A DNA stretch of 64,000 bases, from contig JBBPEB010000009.1 in NCBI GenBank assembly GCA_039096225.1, positions 1,674,001 to 1,738,000 on the forward strand, written 5' to 3'. Position 1 is the first letter of the stretch. The number at the start of each line of letters is the position of its first letter. Under the pieces are notes generated by a model that worked only from the letters and a program-made list of their open reading frames with translations, was not told the DNA's origin and searched no databases. Below are positions 39,069 to 54,024 of this stretch, piece by piece. The stretch is from Blastocystis sp. Blastoise (Eukaryota; Protista; Bigyra: Opalinata). Both the position numbers and the translations under genes were made by a program.

Positions 39069-39093
39069 ATTCTAGAACTTTCTAGAATATTCT
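39069..39093. promoter_or_regulatory. Candidate heat-shock element upstream of the transposase
   Basis: TTC-ta-GAA-ct-TTC-ta-GAA-ta-TTC: five in-phase alternating nGAAn units about 110 bp before the ATG. Confidence 0.6.
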
Positions 39094-39199
39094 TTTTGTA
39101 TTCAGTTAAAACGAATACTAACTGGCTTTATCTAATTGTTTTCATATTTTATTCATAATTATTTTATTATTGTTTTTTTTTAAATAAATTAATTATACG

Positions 39200-40627
39200 A
39201 TGAATATAGAAAATATATCCGAAAATGATAATACTATTAGTATTCCCCTTCCTGATCTTGATATTCTTGATTCTAATTTAACCCTAAATCAAGTTCTGAA
39301 TCATCCTGAAGTTGAGAAAGAAAGAAGTCCTAGAAAGAAGTCCTGTGCTATAAGAAAAGTGTTTAATGGAAAGAATGGTATGAAGAAATTATCCTTATCT
39401 AGTATTAGTGCTATCACTAAAGTGTCTCCGTCTACAATAAAACGTTCTGAAAAGAAACTGAATGAAGATGTATCACTTAATAATCGTGGTAATCAACATG
39501 TTCTTAATGAAAATGAAGAAGTAGAAATAATAGAATGGATTAAGTCACAAATTAATGTGAATAGCTGTCCTTCGAAGAATGAAATAGCTGAAGAAATACG
39601 TAAGAGATCAATTGAAAGGTGTCGAAACGGTATTGGATGTATGATTACTGTATCAGAAGGGTATGTAAGGAAGCTGCTTAAGAAGAATAATATTCTATTG
39701 AAAAGACCGCTAACAAATTATGAAGAAAAAGCTAGACCAACAAAGAAAGATGCGAAGATACTGTATAGGAATATTCATTATGTAATAAACAAAAGAAAAA
39801 TCAAAACTTCTCTTATATTCAACATGGATGAGTCATGGGTTACTCCTGGTGATAAAAGATCAAGAGTTACTGTTGCAGTTGATAATGATCACTTACCAAT
39901 AACAAAACAAGGTACTAGTGTTACTCATACAACACTAATTGGTTGTATTTGTGCTGATGGTACTGCAGTTCCTTCCTCTTATGTTGTTGATCGAGATACT
40001 TATAATATTAAAGAAATAGATAAGCAAAATCTGTCCTATATAAAAGTATGGTCTGCTAAGTCTGGATGGATAAATACACATGTGTTATACTCATGGATTC
40101 AAGATATTTTTCTTCCATATGTTAATAAAAAGAGAAAAGATATGAATCTTGATAGTACTAATGATTATTGTCTACTTATTCTTGATGCTCATACAACACG
40201 TAATGATACTGATTTTCTTCGTCTATGTGAAAATAACCGTATTGATGTTATTGTACTTCCTAAAAATACTACTAGTGTCTTTCAACCGCTTGATCTAGTT
40301 ATATACAATGTTTATAAATCAAAATTTAGAAGATATTATAAAACAACTAATCGATATTCGTTATTAGCAGCATCTGAAGATGCTTTTAGTGAAGCTTTTA
40401 CAAGAAGAAACATTTTAAGTGCATGGCAAGCTTCGAGACTTCTTATTGATGATGAGAATGAGTTTATCAAGGATTTTGATGATCGTCCCCGTAGTAAAGT
40501 AACTAGAAAATCATCTAAAGTGTCAAATAAAATCTTAACTAATATCAATAGAGAAATGATGGAGGATGAATTTAGTGATAAACTTGATAATACTGTTTCA
40601 GAAGATGAAATAATAGTTAATGAATAA
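39200..40627 (+). CDS. DDE_1 (pogo/CENP-B-like) transposase, intronless
   Basis: CENP-B-like HTH region, then FNMDESW, LILDAH and FQPLD, with 35 residues between the last two Asp. Confidence 0.95.
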   Translation: MNIENISENDNTISIPLPDLDILDSNLTLNQVLNHPEVEKERSPRKKSCAIRKVFNGKNGMKKLSLSSISAITKVSPSTIKRSEKKLNEDVSLNNRGNQHVLNENEEVEIIEWIKSQINVNSCPSKNEIAEEIRKRSIERCRNGIGCMITVSEGYVRKLLKKNNILLKRPLTNYEEKARPTKKDAKILYRNIHYVINKRKIKTSLIFNMDESWVTPGDKRSRVTVAVDNDHLPITKQGTSVTHTTLIGCICADGTAVPSSYVVDRDTYNIKEIDKQNLSYIKVWSAKSGWINTHVLYSWIQDIFLPYVNKKRKDMNLDSTNDYCLLILDAHTTRNDTDFLRLCENNRIDVIVLPKNTTSVFQPLDLVIYNVYKSKFRRYYKTTNRYSLLAASEDAFSEAFTRRNILSAWQASRLLIDDENEFIKDFDDRPRSKVTRKSSKVSNKILTNINREMMEDEFSDKLDNTVSEDEIIVNE

Positions 40628-40740
40628 AGATATTCCTTTCTATATATATATTTTTTATTTTTTTTTATATAATATATCATATATATACTTATTTTTTTAT
40701 AATTGTTATTAATTTATGTCAAAAAAAATTTCTTGTTTTG

Positions 40741-40894
40741 TTTTAAACAGAAAAAAGACTATTTTTATTGAAAAAATGTTATTTACATGTTTATCTTTAT
40801 TAAATACAGTGAAAAAATATTTTTTCCCGTAAATATGGAAACAAAACAAAAACGGGTCACTTTGGTACAGGAGGTCACTCTGGTACAGGTACTT
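40741..40894 (-). repeat. Right TIR
   Basis: Inverted copy of 38851-39004. Confidence 0.95.
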
Positions 40895-41425
40895 TAATAT
40901 TAAAGAATACATATAATAAAATTAAGAAAAAAGTGTGTTTAAAAAGCTTATTTCTTGAAAGAAATGTAGTGATTTAACAGTATAAGTAATTATATATATA
41001 CTAATGATAACCAAGAAAAGTATATATTCCATTTTAATAATTTGATGAAAGTAATCAGTGATATTTTAGGCATTCTTGATCAAAAATACATTTGAAACTT
41101 TAATATGAACACATTGTGTATTATTATATGAAAATATAGTTAAAAATAACCTTGAAAAATAAACTATTTTTTTAAATGAAAATTAAAAACAAATATAATG
41201 AAAAAATTAGAATATTTTTGTAATTAGAGCCAATATTTATTTATCTTCAAGAAAATGTTTCTAAAAAGATTTCCAGGTTTTATTTTTTTCTTTTTTACAT
41301 TGATTCATTATTTTTATAATAAAACACAGCTATTTTTTAAGTATTTATTTCTCAAATTATATAAAATTATATTTCTTAAGTATAATAATCTATGATTATG
41401 TTATCATTATAGTTGAATTCGAGTG

Positions 41426-44400
41426 ATGTCAGACAGTGAATCTTTATTAACTGAAAATAAATGTAAGTGAGTATGATTACAGACAATTTATTTACTTTTC
41501 TAGATTTGTTTACATTTCAAGATGAGACGCAATTATGGATTTCAAGAGAATTTATAGAGAAATATCCTCAATTACCCTTTCATGATATTATTCAACACTC
41601 AGATAAATATGAGGATGGTAGCTATTATATAGATATGGCTTCTTCTCCTATAGATAGAGTCGTTTCGTTTTTAAATGAAGAAATTGCTGATATTTCTTCT
41701 TTAAATCTACGAAATAGTTATGATATATATAAAACACTTCATGAATATTCAATTACACTTGATAATGAAATTCAAAGTGATTTATTCTTCCATGTTAAAG
41801 ATTTATTTATTGATTATTTAAAAGAAAACAATTATCGAATAAATGATTGTTATAACCAACATGACCAGTTACATATGTCGATGGAGTTATTTAGTTCAAA
41901 GAGTAAAGAAATAGTTATAGAAGGTAATTATTTAGTATTATATATGTCTTTAATATGTATAGGATTATTTACACCTCAACGAAAAGATGAATTATTGTAT
42001 TATTCGATTCTAATTAAAATGATGAATATTAGTGAAGTTTTTGTTTTTTGTATATATATATATATATATAGTAGTATATTAATGTATAATAATAATATAT
42101 ATAGATGATTATTCATCAGATATTCCATTAGAATACGTATGTCCTTCTTCTATTAAAGATATATTTCCATCATTAAGAGAATTAAAAATTTCTGGTATAT
42201 ATTATTTTATTATATATATATATATATAGTATCTACATATTACAAGGAAAGTGAACAGTTATTAAATCCAAATAGTGATGAGTATATAATGAAATATATT
42301 CGGTTATTCAGTAGATATGGATGTGGAATGGATATTCCTGATAATTACAACTATTTTACAGAATCAGAAATGAATGAATATAATAAAAAATCTACATTAA
42401 ATATGAATACTATATATTATTCTCATGACATGATTGATTCTTATAAAAAAAGAAGAGAAAACAATACGTTACCTAAATTATATAAATATATTGTTTATGA
42501 AGCTATATATAATAATGATGGTTCGGAAGCTGGAAATAGTAAAAATACTTATGGTAATTTTTCACGTAATGATGTCAGTATTAAATATAATAGTAAATAT
42601 ATATAAATATTTTAGAATTTTTTCTTTTTATCTCATTATATATAGATGAAACAAATGAGAAAACATTTTCGTATATAATTATCTTTATTGAATAATATTT
42701 ATTTAAATATATATCAAATAGTATAATGGAAATATCTTCAGAATGGGGTATAACTCAATTATTACGTCTTATTTCTTATTTCTCTATTTCAAAAATCGAG
42801 AAAAATTATTGTAAATAAGAATATATAGTACACTAATGAATTTTTTTAGTTGATTTTCAATATGATGCTATGATTGCTCTGAAAGTATTAAAAGAAGTTG
42901 TATTCGACTCTTTAACTACATTAAGTGTTGAATGGAGTATTTTTTAATTATTATTATCAATATTTTTATTCAATATAGTTGAAGTTCTGGCTGATAAAAT
43001 TGATAAGAATCTATTTAAAAAAATAATTACAACTCATGTATTTCCAAATGTTACTGAACTCATCTATGATGATCGTATGTATATATATAAATAAATGTAT
43101 GTATATTATATATATCTATATATGTATGTAGGATCATTTCAGTTATCATTCATAAAGAAAGAATGTTTCCCAAAACTACATATTATCAACTACAATATTG
43201 AAATATGTAAATTGATTTTTCTATAGATAAATTATAGTATATTATTATAGCTGCTGATACTCTTGAGTTCTTATTTCCACCGAGCTTAATCTCTATGATT
43301 GATACTATTATAATAAATGAAATTAATTCTAGCCAAAAAAATGAAATCATTTTAACTTTAGATAATCTAGCTTATACTCATTCAATTCATATCGATGGAA
43401 TTGGTATAGTCTTATATATATATATTTGATTTTATATAGATTTATTTATTAATGACTTTCCACATTCAAAAGAATTGTTAAACAAAAATCTTATATCTTT
43501 TGATAGAAATTATAGTATAAATTTTTTCTCACTCTTTTATATATATATATATATAATAATATTTAATATAATATAATAACATATAATAGTATATAATAGA
43601 TAATATAATCTAATATTTATTATAAAGTTAAGATTTTTTGTTCTGAAGATGTGAAAAAGTTAGATCGTTTTAAGAATTATATATACAATATTGATGTTTT
43701 ATATATTACATTCAAAAGTATTCAAGTCTATATATATATATATATAACATTAATTTCTTTTTATTTATAGATTACAAAGAAGATGAAATAAGAAATTCTT
43801 TAGAAAGATTCTTACAGAGTAATATATTACAACATTTGAACTATTTAAGTGTTTCATGTATATTCTTTTTTATCAATATATATTATTATTATACTTGGTA
43901 TACTATCTTTAGTCGATCATACTATAAGTATAGAATATTTAAAATGGATATCAAATATTTTTGATGATACTAAAATTAATACTATTTGTGAATTATTTTT
44001 TGATTGTATATATTTTATTATGAAACACATTATAATTAATATTAAGTGAGTTCTGTTGCAAAAGATTTATCATTTGAATATTTATATGTATATGAAAACA
44101 TAATAGAAAAATTAATTCATAAAGCTTCTATTGTTACGATACAAGGTAATTATTTTTAAATATGATTATTCTATTTAATAAAATATATTTAATTAATATT
44201 AACTATATTTATCAGATTGTTATATGATTTTTTTAAATCGATTAATTCTCAAAGGTTGTTTTCATAATACGACTGAATTGAGTTTAGGTATATAATTATT
44301 AAATAAATATTATATCTTCGTTGTAAACTATAATATATATCATTCTATTTTTATATTATTATTATTATAGAAATTGATGATATTCCAGATGATAGTTTTT

Positions 44401-45150
44401 ATGAACTATATACTAAAAACAATTTTCAACAATTAACACTTATTGAGTTTTGTATATATTAATAATAAGATTATAATTGTATCATGAATGCTTATATATA
44501 GTCTCTTATTCTATAAATAAATATTTTTCTAAAATATTAAATATTTCCATAGATATTCGTGATGAAAAATGGTGGCTTCATTTCATTCAAAAATTATGTA
44601 ACTATATGAATAACAATAGTTTTCCATCATCAAGTACTATTCGATTAATTGGTATGTTATTAAAGATGATACTATTTATATTCATTATTATTATATTCTA
44701 TAGATACATTTTATTATAATCTTGACTATATTTATAATCCAAGTACTTCTTCTCTTCAATGTAAATATGATAATGATTCATTTATAGATACAATTATGTG
44801 TACAGATGATGAAACGATGAATAAATATGAGATAGAAACATTATTTGATTGTATTAGAGAAAATAAAACTAAATATATAAGAAGTTTAGAAATATATATT
44901 TTTGATGAGGAACAATTATCAGAACTCATTAGTTTTTTAACTAATGGAAAGATTCCTAAATTGAAAGAATTTATTTTTAGTATTAGTATATATACAGTTA
45001 ATTCTATTGATATTTTTATATCATATAGGTAATGATATTTCTGATGATAGCACTAATATATATAAGCAACAATTGAATGATTCTTCATTTATTAAGGAAA
45101 ATCATATCAAATATGAACTGAAAAAAGTAGTATGTATAAATTATTTTTAA
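41426..45150 (+). CDS. Family A copy 3: BTB-like + LRR-like
   Basis: Close paralog of 31183-35097 (LFTFQDETQLWI..., GLFTPQRKDELLYYS, HVFPNVTEL, GKIPKLKEF). Confidence 0.75.
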
Positions 45151-45627
45151 CATCTATTTTTTTTGTTTTGCTATATTTATTATGTATTTCATTTCTTGTT
45201 TTACATATATATATTCAAGTTTCCATTGATTATATTAATATTATATGATTTAAAATATAAGAATCATGATAATTTATTATATGTACATTAATGTTTTAAG
45301 TATAAAACAATTTTAATAAAATGTATTATTATTGTTTAATATGACTATATTGTTATATTGTGTTTATTAGATATTCCTTATGGATAATAAATCTATCTAA
45401 AAATTATATTTTAATGATATTTTGAAATGTGAGTAATTAGCATGTTTATAAGAGGTGGCTGATATATTTATATAATATGGAAAAAATGACTTTTTTGATA
45501 CATATTTTTTTTTTAATAAAATGAAAGAGTTAAAAACATATTATTATGGTTGCCATTTATTTATTATATATAATTTCATTAGTTGTGTTTAATTTAGATT
45601 TATTAATTTGAAAATATATTCATATAT

Positions 45628-45717
45628 ATTATGAGCTAATCTAATTATTTATATATTATAAGCTAATTTAATTATTTATATATTATGAGTTAATCTAATT
45701 ATTTATATATTATGAGT
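45628..45717. repeat. Minisatellite, about 3.3 copies of a 27-bp unit (attatgagctaatctaattattttatat-like)
   Basis: Direct inspection; intergenic. Confidence 0.8.
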
Positions 45718-46606
45718 CTACATAAATATATGTATATGAATAATCATTAATACAGAACTTCACTCCATATAATACCAAACTACTTTTGAAAATAATTTTT
45801 TGGAGAAAGAATATATATTTTATGTATTATAATTATCTTGATGATAATAATTATTAACAATATATCATGATCAAATATCCTTAAGAATAAAAAGAATGTA
45901 GAGAGAATAAGATAACGAATATTATCAGTATTAGCAAGGATATTAAAGTTGAAACAAATAAAATAAAATTGAATGAATAGAGAAACATAGTGTAGACATG
46001 ATAAATAAATATAAATATAATAATTAAGGAAATAATTGGAATGATTATAAAAGGAAGTAATGTAATCATATAATATATAAGTTATTTAAACATCTCGTTT
46101 CCATTTAAATAATATACAACATTAATTGAAGTTCAAATAGATCCTATTAAGAAGATTTGAAACTATAATGATAATAAAAGAGACTATCTAGAAATAATAT
46201 ATATTGATTAATATCATCGAATACACACAAACTAATAATTCACAAATAATAGACTTGCTGCTATAGCTAATGAAATAAAGAATGAAAATGAGTTGCTTAT
46301 TTTAATCTATTTTAATACTTTTTTGTAGATCCCATAATTTATAAATACAAAAATATAATATTTTTCATCATAAATGTGTTTTAAATGAATAATAAAGAGA
46401 TTTAATGAATGAATTAAAAAGTTGATTAAAATCATGATTTATTTTAAAATGAAAGCTATTAAATGAAAATAATTATAAATTGATAAAATAAAAGTGTTTA
46501 AAAATATTTACGATTATTATTAATATTTTCGCTATAAAAGATAATAGTTTCATAATTTTGATTTAAAATAGTTTTCATTTTTATTTTATTTCTTTTATTA
46601 TTAAGA

Positions 46607-48126
46607 ATGGTGAAAGAGAAGGTAGAATTTGATGCGAATAAGATGGGTGATATTCAGAAGGATGTAATTCATTTTGAAAGACTGATTGGTGATTTGATTG
46701 GTATTTTAAGTAAGTCAATAAGTTTCTGTATTCATTCAGGTGAGTCTATAAATGAATTAGTAAAGCAATCCGTAAGATATTGTGAAGGAATGAATGATAA
46801 GAATGGTGATGATCCAAGTATAATTATCCAAGAATCTTCTTTTCTGAATGAAAATGATTCTACTATGAATAAAAATGATAATGGAATTGATTATATTCGA
46901 TTCACAAGTAATGGTCCAGTTTATTCTCTTCCTAAAAGAGTAACAAATAGTTTAGTAGGAGCATATTTATATGAACAATGTCAAGATGATCAAAAAACTG
47001 TTGATGATGAAGCTTATTTAGATTATCCTTATGATGAAACAGTAGCTCCTTTATTAATTGATTCTTTAATGAATAAGAAAGTGAATATTGATAAATTAAT
47101 GATGAAAGATCAAATTGATTTATTAAGGATGTTTGATTACTGTGAATTACCTATTCCTGAAGAATTAGTGAAGACTATATATAGAATGGATCGTAATATG
47201 ATACAATATAAAGAAAGTGATGATGTTATTCTATATATAAATGATAAGGAAGATGATAGATTAAAAAAATACTTAAAGAATAATGGATTAATGAATAAGA
47301 TTGTTAATGAATATGGTAGTGGATATGTAGATTATGATGAAGAGAATAATGAAATGTATATGAAGATGAATTTTGAATATATTAATTATATCAATGAATA
47401 TATTAAATATAATTGTATTTATATTTCTGAAGAAGAAACAAAGAATATAAATAAAGAATTATTAGAGAATGAAATGTATAGTTTATTTGGTGATAAAGGA
47501 AGAAATAGTGTAAAGAATGGATGGAATATTAATGTTTCATTTCTTCATTCATATATAGTTGATCCTACTAGTGAAGTCTCTTTAGTGAATTGGCTTGGTA
47601 AAGAAAAGAAATGGAAATTACTATTTAGGCATTTATTAATTTATTATATTATATCATTATATATAGAGCAAGTGAACATGATTATAAAACAAGTGAATTT
47701 CATAATTATTGTGATTATAAAGGAGAAACAGTTACTATTATCAAACATATAGGTAAAAATAATCATATTAATATATTTGGAGGATATACAGATCAAAGTT
47801 GGGATAGTTATAGTGGTTGGAAACCTAATTCTAAAGAATTTCTATTTACATTAAGTAATGACCATGGTATTCCACCTACTAAATATGATAATACTAATAG
47901 TAGCTGTGGTTTATATTGTGGTTCTTCTTATGGTCCAATGTTTGGAGGTGGCAATGATATCCATATATCTGATCAATGTCATAGTAATACTAGTTCTTAT
48001 TGTAAAGCATCTTCTTATTCTGAAGTGAATACTCCTCAAAAATCATCCTTATTTGTAAATACAAATAATGCTAATTCTGAAAATCATTTTACAGTAGATG
48101 ATTATGAAGTCTGGGGAAGAGCATAA
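46607..48126 (+). CDS. Family B copy 3: BTB-like + TLDc domain
   Basis: Same motifs as 36668 (ends DDYEVWGRA*). Needs a single GC-AG intron at 47629-47666. Confidence 0.82.
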
Positions 48127-49011
48127 AAAGAATAATAAATTACTATTTCTTTTTTATTTCTCTCTTTATATATATTGTTTTCTTTTCTTTATTGAGAAAA
48201 GTTTTTCATTATATATATATTATTTTTAATAAAATATAAAAAGTAGTTTTGTTAATTGTTTTCTAACTGCATTCATACTATTAAAAGTTTATTAATATTA
48301 ATTATTATATAATATTCTCAAGATAAATATATATTTTTTATTAAAAATAATTTTTATAAACATGTTTATTTTATAGATATATAACAAAGATTAAGATATA
48401 AATCATAAGAATAAAATCAATAAAATATATGAAGGATAGGAATTCTATGATAATAATAAACATCAATATATTTTGTTTATTTAAATAATTAAAAACAATA
48501 CTTATTGAAAGTTTAAAACAATATAGAGTTATCTATAATATAAAATGAAAAATGTTTTTATTCTTTTATTTATTAACAATTTAATATTTTTTATAAACTA
48601 TAATAATAGGAATATTATATATATGAATATATATTTATATAATATATATATAATTATATCATTGTTGAAAAAAAATAAATATAAAAATGATTAAAATAAA
48701 TATATAGAATGATTATTATTTAAAAAAATAAACAAATTCAAATAAATATTTAAAATAAAACTAAATAAAGTTTTTAAATATAAAAAAAAATAATTTTAAA
48801 CAAGAATAAGTTGAGAATAGTATAGAATTCATGAATAGTATACAATTTACAAAAGTAGCCAAATGAACATTTTAATAGTATTTATAACTATTATAAAATA
48901 AGAATGATTATGAAAATAGTTTTTATTATGATGAAGAGTATAAATATAGATGAATAATAGAATAATATAGAAAATTTGAATAAATAATAAAAAAGATAGA
49001 TTTGATGAGAT

Positions 49012-49190
49012 CAGTCCCTTCCCTCACTTTTGTGACAGTTGCCATGACCATGGCTGACTGTCACTTTCAGCCAGACTTAATTTGACTTAGTCAAAAATAA
49101 TTCAAATTACACTGTCAAAAATAAATATTTTGTCACAAATTTTGGTGACAATTGCCATATGGCAAAAAAAAAGGGCCTCAGGGAAGGCGT
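49012..49190. other. GC-enriched multi-hairpin island of unknown class (MITE, element end or structured RNA)
   Basis: Outer inverted pair CCTTCCCT/AGGGAAGG encloses four hairpins or palindromes built from TGACA and TGCCA motifs. Confidence 0.6.
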
Positions 49191-49343
49191 TATATATATA
49201 TATATATATTGTTTGTATAATATGTATCTATTATATATAATAATAATAATATATATATAGTACATAAATATTATATAGAGGATGATTCATCTTATTCATT
49301 TGTAGGTTCATTTGATCTATTTAATATACTTAATACCTTGATA

Positions 49344-49387
<44 letters not shown>

Positions 49388-49699
49388 CTAACAATAAAAA
49401 TTTATAAGAATATATATATATAGAGAGAGAGAAAATAATTCAAATATTAATCATTAAATAGCTATTTGAATGCTATTCTATATATATTCAATATATCCTA
49501 TATTTGGTCTTTATTATTTAAAAAGGAAATATTTTTTGGAATAAATGAATTGAATATTATATTTGAATTTTTGTTTTTAATAATAAATTATATTTGAATA
49601 TTTTTTATGTTAAAAAATATCTTATTAGTGAATATATAAATATATCGATTAATATAAAATATATAATATTATCTAAGAAGAAAAGAAATAAATTGTTGT

Positions 49700-52900
<3,201 letters not shown>

Positions 52901-53029
52901 TTATAATTAAATTGTATTATATATATTTATATTTATTTAAAGTCAACAAAATTATATATAAGAAATAGTAATTATAAATATATTTATTAAAAATATCATA
53001 TATACATAAAATAATTTATTTTTCTTTAT

Positions 53030-53270
53030 TTAGGTGATATAAAAAGAATTTATTAACGTTTAATTGTTCAAGATCTAAATCTATATTATCATAATCAAAA
53101 TTCCTATATATATATATATAAGAAACTATTGTATATATACATTTTATTTATTTTTTTAATATTTTTTTGAAACATATTATATTCTTTGATAAATTGTTGA
53201 ATCATTCCAAATATAAGAATTGCATTGTTATTATCATAAGATTTATCACACTTTATATATAATATTTATT

Positions 53271-53306
<36 letters not shown>

Positions 53307-53950
53307 TTTTTTATATTGAACAATAATTTTTGATGTATTAATTTTAAATAATCTATATATATATATATATAGATAATTATATCAGAATAATTAAATATAC
53401 TTTTTCATTTGATTTATAATTTGATTAAGATATTTATCATTTCCATTTTCAAATTCAAAAAAATTATATATATTAATTGTAAGCGTTTTCTTTTTATCAC
53501 CATTTGATAATTTATTAATTATTAAATAATATCTATCTTTATTTCTATAATAATATTAATATATATATATATATATAGATTAATACTTTAAATAGATTGT
53601 AAATATAAAAAATATTGGTGAATTGGAATTAAAATGAATCTGAATTTCATCAGATATATTATATAACTATATATATATTATTGTTAATAATAGGTATATA
53701 TATATATATATATATACATAAGAATCATTAATAAAATCATTATAATTATAGTAGTTATGAATGAATAAATTTATATTATTGGTTGTTACAATTTGGTTAT
53801 AAACATTCAAATATAAATATATATCAAATAATTCACTTGGAAAAGATCCTTCATGTAAGAATGTATACTATATATATTATATTATATTATATTATATTAT
53901 ATTATATTATATTATATACATATTGTTTTTCATTAACTATTATCTCATTA

Positions 53951-54024
<74 letters not shown>

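Larger units (their letters stand above)
38851..40894 (+). mobile_element. Intact pogo-superfamily (DD35D) DNA transposon, 2,044 bp
   Basis: 154-bp TIRs (38851-39004 and 40741-40894) that read as perfect inverted copies, TA on both flanks, and a single internal transposase ORF. Confidence 0.96.

Noticed and set aside
40336-40912. Minus-strand ORFs of 114 and 67 aa
   Set aside because: Antisense to the transposase or lying within the TIR.
49012-49190. tRNA, or piggyBac/hAT MITE assignment
   Set aside because: No cloverleaf or T-loop, and no TTAA or 8-bp target duplication seen.
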